DNA of 64,000 nt, from assembly GCA_963822965.1 (NCBI GenBank), contig CAWGJT010000001.1, positions 32,001 through 96,000 of the forward strand, given 5' to 3'. The notes below the pieces were generated by a model. It made no database searches and was not told where the DNA came from. It saw only the letters and a program-made list of their open reading frames with translations. This DNA is from an uncultured delta proteobacterium. GTDB lineage: Bacteria > Myxococcota_A > UBA9160 > UBA4427. A program made the translations under genes and the position numbers. This document shows positions 57,084-64,000 of the stretch, piece after piece (the stretch's first letter is position 1; each line of letters starts with the position of its first letter).

Positions 57084-57704
57084 TCAGGAAGTGGTGCGCG
57101 GAGCGGCCCCGATCCCTGCGGGGACCGAGCGCTTGGCCCGGCTCGGGGCGGCCGCCCCGACTCCGAGCCAGCGGACCTCGTCGGCCGAGTCCGCTGCAAC
57201 CGCCTTCTCCAGGGACACGAGGGCCTCCCGGGCCTCGGAGGCCGGCATGGCGACGGTGAGCCGCAGCCGCCCCTCCCCCTGGCGCGCTGCCTCGATGGCG
57301 CCGCGGACGAAGCCGCTGGCCTGGCGCGAGAAGGCCTCGGGGCCTCCCAGGGGCGGGGCGATCACGACGGTCTCCGCGGCCAGCAGGAGGCCTCGGGCGA
57401 TCGCGGCGTGGCTGGTGTCCCGGGCCCGTCCCACCCGGAAGCTCGCGCGACGGCCGACGCCCAGCAGCAGCACGCAGCGGGCCCCCAGGCGGCCCATGGA
57501 GGGCACGAGCGCCGCCTCGCCCATCCGCCCGCGCAGCCGGCCGGTCTCCACGAGGTCCGAGACCGCACCGCAGAGCCGCCAGTCGGCCCGTCCGGCGGCG
57601 CCCCGCAACGGACGCTCGTCGAGGAAGACGCCGGCCACGCCGAGGTCGGCCTCGATGCGCTCGAACGGCGCGGTGGCCACGCACAGCTCGATGAACGCGC
57701 TCAC
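57084..57704 (-). CDS. Stand-alone leucyl aminopeptidase (M17) N-terminal-like domain protein
   Basis: FLDERPLRGAAGRADWRLCGAVS, GRMGEAALV, VLLLGVG; no catalytic C-terminal domain. Confidence 0.75.
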   Translation of the reverse strand: MSAFIELCVATAPFERIEADLGVAGVFLDERPLRGAAGRADWRLCGAVSDLVETGRLRGRMGEAALVPSMGRLGARCVLLLGVGRRASFRVGRARDTSHAAIARGLLLAAETVVIAPPLGGPEAFSRQASGFVRGAIEAARQGEGRLRLTVAMPASEAREALVSLEKAVAADSADEVRWLGVGAAAPSRAKRSVPAGIGAAPRTTS

Positions 57705-58303
57705 GGGCCGTCTCCCGCGGCGGAGCGGGTCCCGTCGTCCGGGCGCAGCAGCACGGCCAGTGCATCGAGGATCCCGTTCACGAAGGCCGGCGAGGCGTCG
57801 CTCCCGTAGCGCCGCGCCAGCTCGACCGCCTCGTCGAGGATCACCGGGATGGGCGTCGTCGTGTAGCCGAGCTCCCAGGTTCCGAGTCGCAGGATGTTCC
57901 GATCGACGGCCGCCATGCGCGAGACGCGCCAGTTGCGCGCGCGCGAGGCGATGTGCAGGTCGATGGCTTCACAGCTCGCGCAGACCTGCGAGACCATCTC
58001 CCACGCCAGCTCCCGGGCCCCCGGCGGCGCCTCGAAGTGCGCGGCGATGCCGTCGAAGACGACGCGCGCGCGATCGGCGGAGACCTCGGGACAGGTCGGC
58101 TCGGCGGGCATGCCCCGCTGCGCGACCTCGCGCTCCGCCGCCACGAGGGTCCGCTCCACCTCCCGGGGCGTCGCGTCCAGGGGAACGCTGAGGAGCGGAA
58201 GCTCGGATCGGGCCGGACGACGAAGCCCCAGGTCGACGGCGTAGAGCACCTGGAGCGCGAGCTCGCGGGCGCGGTGACGTGAGCTGCTCCCCCGGCTCTT
58301 CAC
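57701..58303 (-). CDS. nusB: Transcription antitermination factor NusB (with internal insertion)
   Basis: RHRARELALQVLY, IDLHI...NWRVSRMAAVDRNILRLG, ILDEAVELARRYG...FVNGILD; follows ribH. Confidence 0.96.
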   Translation of the reverse strand: MKSRGSSSRHRARELALQVLYAVDLGLRRPARSELPLLSVPLDATPREVERTLVAAEREVAQRGMPAEPTCPEVSADRARVVFDGIAAHFEAPPGARELAWEMVSQVCASCEAIDLHIASRARNWRVSRMAAVDRNILRLGTWELGYTTTPIPVILDEAVELARRYGSDASPAFVNGILDALAVLLRPDDGTRSAAGDGP

Positions 58304-58797
58304 GACCCGACCTCGCGTGCGGGCTCCGCCTCGGGGACGAGGTGGGACCGCAGCCGCGCCATCTCGATCGCCGCCAGCGCGACGTCGCTTCCCTTGTTGC
58401 CTTCCTCGCCGCCGGCGCGTTCGAAGGCCTGGTCCACCGTGTTGGTGGTGAGGACGCCGAACGCGACCGGCACGCCGGTATCGCGCATGACCTCTCGCAC
58501 GCCGTCGGTCAGGCCGTGGCACACGAAGTCGAAGTGGGGGGTGCCTCCGCGGATGACCGCGCCGAGGGTCGCGATGGCCGCATAGCGTCCGGTGCCGGCG
58601 AGCAGGCGCGCGGTCTGCGGGATCTCGAAGGCGCCAGGCACCCAGAAAACGTCCACGTCCTCGGGTGCCGCACCCCGCGCCTCGAGCTCGTCCACGCACG
58701 CCTCGAGCAGTCGCACGCTCACCAGGTGGTTGAAGCGGGCCACCACCACCGCGAAGCGGAGCCCGGAGGCCTCGAGGTTGCTCGGATGGATGTTCAC
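58300..58797 (-). CDS. ribH: 6,7-dimethyl-8-ribityllumazine synthase
   Basis: FAVVVARFNH, VPGAFEIP, LGAVIRGGTPHFDFV, VAFGVLT, QAFERAG...NKG. Confidence 0.97.
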   Translation of the reverse strand: MNIHPSNLEASGLRFAVVVARFNHLVSVRLLEACVDELEARGAAPEDVDVFWVPGAFEIPQTARLLAGTGRYAAIATLGAVIRGGTPHFDFVCHGLTDGVREVMRDTGVPVAFGVLTTNTVDQAFERAGGEEGNKGSDVALAAIEMARLRSHLVPEAEPAREVGS

Positions 58798-59940
58798 GAG
58801 ACCTCCCGCGGCCGGCGGCGCCTGGCGCTGCCCCCGTCGAGCCGCGCCTGCCAATGCCAGTCCGGCCCCAGGGCCCGTCCCTGGATCGATCCGAGCCGGA
58901 CCGCATCGGACAGGTGCTCGAGCCCGAGATCCCCCAACGCCGGACGGGCATCCCCCCCGAGCAGCAACGGCGCCTGGATCCAGTGCAGCTCGTCCACCAA
59001 CCCCGCACGGAGTAGCGCGGCCGCGAGCTTTCCGCCGCCTTCGACGAGGAGGGTCGTGAGTCCGGCGGCCCCGAGGGCCTGCAGGGCAGCCCCGAGATCG
59101 AGGCCGTCGCCCCGGGTCCGCACCGGCAGGAGCCTGGCCCCGAGCGCCTCACGGCGCCGACCGCCCCGGGCGCCCCGCCGGGTGAGGACGAGCGTGGGAA
59201 CCCCGGGCAGATCGCGATAGAGCGTGGAGTCCGGCGGCACGCGCAGGCGCGAGTCCACCAGCACGCGCACGGGGCGGTGGATCACCCGCTCGCCCCGGCG
59301 GGCCGTCAGGGCCGGATCGTCGGCCAGGGCGGTGCCCGAGCCCACCATCAGCCCGTCCGTGCGGGAGCGCAGGCGGTGCACGAAGCGGCGCGCGCAGCGG
59401 CCCGGTGATCCAGCGCGACTCGCCGCTGGCGGTGGCGATGCGGCCGTCCAGGGACGTGGCGAGCTTGAGAGTCACGAAGGGACGGCCGCGCTCGCACAGG
59501 CTGAAGAAGCCGCGGTGCAGCTCGTGACAGGACTCTGCCAGCACACCCGTCTCCACCCGGATCCCCGCTCGCCGCAGCCGCCGGATGCCGCGGCCTCCCA
59601 CCCGGGGATGGGGATCCCGGCAGCCCACGTAGACCCGGGAGAGCCCGGCTTCGATCACCGCCTCGGTGCACGGCCCGGTGCGCCCCGTGTGGCAGCACGG
59701 CTCGAGGGTGACGGCCAGCGCGGCGCCGCGCAGGGAGTGCCCCGCCCGGCGCGCCGCCGCGATCGCCACCACCTCGGCATGCGCGCCCGGCGGCGGCCGC
59801 GTGCGCCCCGTGGCCAGCACCTCGCCGCCGCGGAAGATCACCGCGCCGACGCTCGGGTTCGGGAAGGTGCGGCCGAGGCCCCGCCGCGCCCGGGAGATCG
59901 CCAGGCGCATGGCCTCTTCGGGGCTCACCCGGAGCGTCAT
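58794..59940 (-). CDS. ribD: Bifunctional riboflavin deaminase/reductase, frameshift near 59400
   Basis: GRTFPNPSVGAV, HAEVVA, TLEPCCHTGRTGPC, DPHPRVGG, KLATSLDGRIA..SGESRWITG; second frame GSGTALADDPALTAR, LLVEGGG, LVDEL. Confidence 0.96.
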
Positions 59941-60434
59941 TCCTCGGGTTCGGGCGCCGGCGGCCCCACGCCCGGCGCCTTCTCGGAGCGCTCGACGGAC
60001 TCGAAGAACGCCGCGTACTCGTCCGGGGTCTGGAAGCTGCGGAAGACCGACGCGAAGCGGACCGCGGCAAGGGGATCGATGGCGGTCAGCTCCTCCATCA
60101 CCCGCTCGCCGAGACGGTGGCTCTCGATCTCCTTCTCGCCCGTCTCCTGGAGCCAGCGCTCGATGCGATCGATCACGCGCTCGATGGCGTCGGTCCGGAT
60201 CGGCCGTTTGACGCAGGCATGATCGATGCCCCGCAGCAGCTTCTCCCGCGCGTAGTCCTCGCGGCGTTCGTCGCGCTTGATGATCCGCGGCAGCACCAGC
60301 TCGGCGCGCTCCCGGGTCGTGAAGCGACGACCGCACTCCTCGCACTCCCGCCGACGCCGGATCTCCTCGCCGCCCGCCGCCATGCGGGTATCGACGACCC
60401 GGCTCGCGTCGTCACCGCAATAGGGGCAGCGCAA
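59937..60434 (-). CDS. nrdR: Transcriptional repressor NrdR (TTG start)
   Basis: MRCPYCG, VVDTR, IRRRRECEECGRRFTTRE, ATP cone IIKRD..RE, KRP, VRFASVFRSF. Confidence 0.97.
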   Translation of the reverse strand: MRCPYCGDDASRVVDTRMAAGGEEIRRRRECEECGRRFTTRERAELVLPRIIKRDERREDYAREKLLRGIDHACVKRPIRTDAIERVIDRIERWLQETGEKEIESHRLGERVMEELTAIDPLAAVRFASVFRSFQTPDEYAAFFESVERSEKAPGVGPPAPEPEE

Positions 60435-60441
60435 GCGAACT

Positions 60442-60501
60442 CCTCTCGCCCTTGGACCTCTCGCCCTTGGACCTCTCGCCCTTGGACCTCTCGCCCTTGG
60501 A
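60442..60501. repeat. 15-bp tandem repeat, four perfect copies, filling the glyA-nrdR spacer
   Basis: cctctcgcccttgga at 60442, 60457, 60472 and 60487. Confidence 0.97.
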
Positions 60502-61770
60502 TCAGTCGTCCTCGGACCAGCGCGACGTGTAGAGCGGGAAGCGCCGGCACAGCATCTCCACCTCTTCGCGCACGGCGTCGAGCTCCTCCACGTCCCCCGG
60601 ATTCGAGAGCACCCGGCGGATGAAGCTCGCGATCTGGGCCATCTCGGGCTCGCGCATGCCCCGGGTGGTCACGGCGGGCGTGCCGATGCGGATGCCCGAG
60701 GTGACCATCGGCTTGCGCGGATCGAAGGGCACCATGTTCTTGTTCGCGGTGATGCCTGCACGGTCGAGCGCCGTCTGCGCCATCTTGCCCGTGGTGTCGC
60801 GGTCGACCAGCGAGAGCAGGAAGAGATGGTTGTCGGTGCCGCCCGAGACCACCTGGAAGCCGCCTCCCACGACGGCTTCGCACAGCGCCTTCGCGTTGGC
60901 GACGATCTGCTGGCAGTAGCCCTGAAACTCGGGCGACAGCGCCTCCCGGAACGCAACGGCCTTGCCGGCGATGACGTGCATCAGCGGCCCGCCCTGCAGT
61001 CCCGGGAAGATGGCGCTGTCGATGCGCTTCGCCCAGTCCTGGTCGCACAGGATCAACCCGCCGCGCGGACCGCGCAGGGTCTTGTGGGTGGTGGTGGTGA
61101 CGATCTGTGCGAAGCCCTTCGGGCTCGGGTGCACGCCGGCCGCGACGAGGCCCGCGATGTGTGCGATGTCCGCGAACAGCACCGCGCCCACCTCGTCGGC
61201 GATCTCCCGGAACTTCGCGAAGTCGATCACGCGCGAATACGCAGTGGCCCCGCACTGGATGAGCTTGGGGCGGTGCTCCCGGGCGAGCCGCCCCAGCTCG
61301 TCGTAGTCGATGCGCTCGTCCGCCCGCGAGACGCCGTAGGGGACGATCCGGTAGTTCTTGCCCGAGAAGTTCACGGGGCTGCCGTGGGTGAGGTGACCGC
61401 CGTGGTCGAGGTTCATGGCGAGGATCGTGTCCCCGTGATCCAGCGCGGCCTGGTAGACGGCCGCGTTCGCCTGCGAGCCCGAGTGGGGCTGCACGTTGGC
61501 GTGATCCATCCCGAAGAGCTGCTTGGCCCGCTCGATGGCGAGCCCCTCGATCTCGTCGACGATCTCGCAGCCGCCGTAGTAGCGGCGGCCGGGGTAGCCC
61601 TCGGCGTACTTGTTGGTGAGCACCGAGCCCACCGCTTCGAGCACCGCCTCGGAGACGAAGTTCTCGGACGCGATCAGCTCGATGGAGAGCCCCTGGCGCT
61701 TCGCCTCCTTGCGGACGAGGGCCGAGACTTCCGGATCCGTGCTCTCGAGGTGGGGGGTGTTCGTTGCCAC
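60502..61770 (-). CDS. glyA: Serine hydroxymethyltransferase
   Basis: [83 protein letters not shown]. Confidence 0.99.
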   Translation of the reverse strand: MATNTPHLESTDPEVSALVRKEAKRQGLSIELIASENFVSEAVLEAVGSVLTNKYAEGYPGRRYYGGCEIVDEIEGLAIERAKQLFGMDHANVQPHSGSQANAAVYQAALDHGDTILAMNLDHGGHLTHGSPVNFSGKNYRIVPYGVSRADERIDYDELGRLAREHRPKLIQCGATAYSRVIDFAKFREIADEVGAVLFADIAHIAGLVAAGVHPSPKGFAQIVTTTTHKTLRGPRGGLILCDQDWAKRIDSAIFPGLQGGPLMHVIAGKAVAFREALSPEFQGYCQQIVANAKALCEAVVGGGFQVVSGGTDNHLFLLSLVDRDTTGKMAQTALDRAGITANKNMVPFDPRKPMVTSGIRIGTPAVTTRGMREPEMAQIASFIRRVLSNPGDVEELDAVREEVEMLCRRFPLYTSRWSEDD

Positions 61771-61874
61771 GGTGCTTCTCCGGCTCGCCTGGGGGGAGAG
61801 CTTTGGGACCAGCAGACTGCGGGCCGGGTGCACGGGCAGGGTCCGGAGGCACCTCGTGTCCGGCTCCGCAGGGT

Positions 61875-62111
61875 CTACGCTTCGATGGCTTCCTTCAAGT
61901 AGTCGATCGCGTCTCCGATCGTCTGGATCTTCTCCGCGTCCTCGTCGGGGATCTCGATGTCGAACTCTTCCTCGAGCGACATCACGAGCTCCACGATGTC
62001 CAGGGAGTCTGCGCCCAGGTCATCGATGAACGATGCTCCGAGCACCGCCTCCTCCTTGGAGACACCCAGCTGCTCGACGATGAGATCCGTCACCCGGTCT
62101 TCCAATGCCAT
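61875..62111 (-). CDS. acpP: Acyl carrier protein
   Basis: [37 protein letters not shown]. Confidence 0.98.
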   Translation of the reverse strand: MALEDRVTDLIVEQLGVSKEEAVLGASFIDDLGADSLDIVELVMSLEEEFDIEIPDEDAEKIQTIGDAIDYLKEAIEA

Positions 62112-62181
62112 CCAGAGAGCCTCCACGCCGACGGGGCGCGTCGTTCAGGTTGCCAGAGCCTCGGCCTTTCGGAAAACGGCC

Positions 62182-62197
62182 GCAAGCAGATTGCCAG
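62182..62197 (-). promoter_or_regulatory. Putative sigma54 (-24/-12) promoter upstream of acpP
   Basis: Minus strand CTGGCAATCTGCTTGC = GG-N10-GC with TGGCA and TTGC boxes, ~70 nt before the acpP ATG. Confidence 0.5.
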
Positions 62198-62204
62198 GGC
62201 CGTC

Positions 62205-63179
62205 TCAGTCGGGCTCCCCGGCCAGAAACGCCTGCACCTCTCCCAGATCCCCCAGGCCCCCGAAGGCCGCTCGTCGGCTCCGGCGGTCGATGCGCGCCAC
62301 GAGTCCGGAGAGCACCCGGCCCGGTCCCACCTCGAGGAACCGGTCGACACCCAGGGTCGCGAGCTTCTCCACCATCTCGGTGAAGCGTACCGGGGCCGTC
62401 ACCTGCTCCTCGAGCAGCGCCGCCATCCGGCCCGCGTCCGCGTTCGGCTCCGCCTCGACGTTGGTCACCACCGGCGGCTGCGCGCCGCGGAACGCGATGG
62501 ACTTCATCTCGGCCGCGAGCTGGCGGGCGGCGGGCGCCATCAACGAGCAGTGGAAGGGCGCGGAGACCTTCAGGGGAACGGACCGCTTGGCACCGCGCTC
62601 GGCGGCGTTGCGGCACGCCAGCTCCACGGCGGCGGCGCTTCCCGCGATGACGGTCTGCTGGGGCGAGTTGTAGTTCGCGGGCGTGACCACTTCGCCGGTC
62701 GCCTCGGCGGCGTCCCGGCAGGCGGCCGCCACCGCCTCGGGGCTGGCGCCGAGCACCGCCGCCATGGCACCCCCACCTTCGGGCACCGCCTGCTGCATGA
62801 AGCGGCCGCGCGCGTGCACGAGGCGCACGGCATCCTCGAGGGACAGCGCCCCGGCGGCCACCAGGGCCGAGTACTCGCCCAGGCTGTGTCCGGCCACGTA
62901 GGCCGGCGCCAGGCGGGCGGACGCGTCCGGGGCCCCTCCGCCGACACGCTCCTCCAGGCAGCGGTACAGCGCGATGCTCGTGGCGAGGATCGCGGGCTGC
63001 TGGATCTCGGTGGCGACGAGGGTGTCCTCGGGCCCCTCGAAGCAGAGGTGCGAGAGCGAGAAGCCCAGGGCCTCGTCGGCCGCTTCGAATACGGCGCGGG
63101 CGGCGGAGGACGCCTCGAAGACGTCGCGCCCCATCCCGACCTCCTGAGCGCCCTGCCCCGGAAACAGGAGAGCCAGCAC
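62205..63179 (-). CDS. fabD: Malonyl-CoA-ACP transacylase
   Basis: LFPGQGAQ, QQPAIL, AGHSLGEYSAL, RGRFMQ, ANYNSPQQTVIAG, VSAPFHC, EVGPG. Confidence 0.98.
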   Translation of the reverse strand: MLALLFPGQGAQEVGMGRDVFEASSAARAVFEAADEALGFSLSHLCFEGPEDTLVATEIQQPAILATSIALYRCLEERVGGGAPDASARLAPAYVAGHSLGEYSALVAAGALSLEDAVRLVHARGRFMQQAVPEGGGAMAAVLGASPEAVAAACRDAAEATGEVVTPANYNSPQQTVIAGSAAAVELACRNAAERGAKRSVPLKVSAPFHCSLMAPAARQLAAEMKSIAFRGAQPPVVTNVEAEPNADAGRMAALLEEQVTAPVRFTEMVEKLATLGVDRFLEVGPGRVLSGLVARIDRRSRRAAFGGLGDLGEVQAFLAGEPD

Positions 63180-63185
63180 GATCGC

Positions 63186-63368
63186 CTAGTCCTCTTCGGT
63201 CTCGACGATGGTCCGACCGCGGTAGCTCCCGCAGTTCGGACACACGCGGTGCGGCTGCTTGGGCGCACTGCACTGGGGGCACACGCTCATGCCCGGTGCG
63301 GTGAGCGCGTGGTGGCTGCGGCGCTTGTCGCGCTTGGCCTTCGAGGTCTTTCGCTTGGGAACGGCCAT
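63186..63368 (-). CDS. rpmF: 50S ribosomal protein L32 (zinc-binding form)
   Basis: [19 protein letters not shown]...[15 protein letters not shown]. Confidence 0.98.
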   Translation of the reverse strand: MAVPKRKTSKAKRDKRRSHHALTAPGMSVCPQCSAPKQPHRVCPNCGSYRGRTIVETEED

Positions 63369-63958
63369 CAGGACCTTCCTCCACTGCCTTCGTCGGGGTA
63401 ACGGTCGCGAAGCGCGGCCAGGACCGCGAACGGCGACGGGGGTTTCACTTCTTCGCAGCCGCACTCCTCACGATTGCGGTCCGCACCACAGCGCGGGCAC
63501 AGCCCCCGGCAGCTCTCGTCGCAGAGCGGCTGCAGGGGGAGCGCCAGCGAGATCAGCTCCGTGAAGAAGGCATCGAGGTCGATCTCCTGACCACGATACC
63601 AGCCGAGCTCGAGGTCATCGCCGAGGCACATCCCGTCCCTCTCGAGAGCCAGGGCACCCTCGGGATCGGACGGCTGTCGCTCCCGAGCCGGCTCCAGAAC
63701 CAGCCGAAAGCGCTCGGAAAGCGCGTGACGATAGCGCCGCAGACAGCGGCCGCACTCCACCTCGATGGCCCCCTCGAGCTTCCCCGCGAGGAAGACGTCC
63801 TCCCCCACCTGGTAGGCCTGCATCTCGAAGCGAAACGGCTCGGCCACGTCGTAGGCGAGCTCGCGCGACTCGACGACCTGCTCCTGCCACCAGGCGGGCG
63901 ACGCTTCGAACTCGAGAGCGACCGGGGTCTCGTCGAGTCGATCGACCTGGAGCTTCAT
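63368..63958 (-). CDS. yceD: YceD/DUF177 protein
   Basis: ECGRCL, IDL...[28 protein letters not shown]; immediately upstream of rpmF. Confidence 0.95.
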   Translation of the reverse strand: MKLQVDRLDETPVALEFEASPAWWQEQVVESRELAYDVAEPFRFEMQAYQVGEDVFLAGKLEGAIEVECGRCLRRYRHALSERFRLVLEPARERQPSDPEGALALERDGMCLGDDLELGWYRGQEIDLDAFFTELISLALPLQPLCDESCRGLCPRCGADRNREECGCEEVKPPSPFAVLAALRDRYPDEGSGGRS

Positions 63959-64000
63959 GGGACTTCCTCGGGATCCGTCCGGCCCCGCATCGGGGGCCCA

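Noticed and set aside
40016..58191. Very long plus-strand ORFs (e.g. 40016-43825, 47706-51284, 55321-58191; also 8827-12504)
   Set aside because: Antisense or off-frame shadows of well-supported genes in high-GC DNA; Ser/Arg/Ala/Pro-rich with no recognisable motifs.
59930..59945. FMN riboswitch before ribD
   Set aside because: The ribD start overlaps the nrdR stop; there is no leader.
60442..60501. CRISPR array
   Set aside because: 15-bp units are contiguous with no spacers and no cas genes; the same applies to the 24-bp repeat at 39249.
61771..61874. ZMP/ZTP or glycine riboswitch upstream of glyA
   Set aside because: Could not find the hallmark motifs (GACTGGCG...GGGGAG...CGCCTGGGC, or tandem GGAGA...CCGAAG aptamers); an Infernal search would be decisive.

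Overview
A very GC-rich (by eye ~70%) bacterial chromosome segment whose gene content and order look like Myxococcota/'Deltaproteobacteria'. It is almost entirely core genome and mostly on the minus strand. Left part (1-33 kb): LPS/lipid A/outer-membrane biogenesis and housekeeping genes (msbA-like, GT2, relA/spoT, gmk, remA, yicC, rfaE1, two GT9 heptosyltransferases, lptF, Kdo-kinase-like, site-2 protease, a CxxCH protein, lpxK-waaA-lpxB-gnnA-like-lpxI-lpxA-skp-bamA-lolD-lolC/E-lysS-prfB-lnt-ybeY-phoH). Middle (34-57 kb): two DUF4388-type loci, rpsT/holA/lptE and a complete chemosensory cluster (CheY, CheA, 2 CheW, 2 very long MCPs, zinc-ribbon-REC, HEAT, CheR, CheB, GAF, CheY), resembling the F10/Che8-type system. 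Right part (57-64 kb): nusB-ribH-ribD-nrdR-glyA-acpP-fabD-rpmF-yceD. Many essential genes at 1.9-3.5 kb, 10.8-31.7 kb and ~59.4 kb carry 1-nt frameshifts, most likely sequencing/assembly errors; the prfB frameshift is the genuine programmed one. Most notable observations: (i) two ~168-bp CTAG-bounded MITE-like elements with diverged terminal inverted repeats but a conserved structured core; (ii) sigma28 (FliA/WhiG)-like promoter motifs ahead of the che cluster and both DUF4388 loci; (iii) clean absence of plsX/fabH/fabG/fabF/fabZ/lpxD/ribE/ribBA from their usual positions; (iv) a LolC/E with a ~240-aa multi-TM N-terminal extension; (v) a sigma54-type promoter ahead of an uncharacterised exported mono-heme protein; (vi) a 4x15-bp repeat that fills the glyA-nrdR spacer and builds the nrdR RBS. 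No rRNA, tRNA, CRISPR array or transposase gene was seen. All calls come from reading motifs by eye; no database searches were run.
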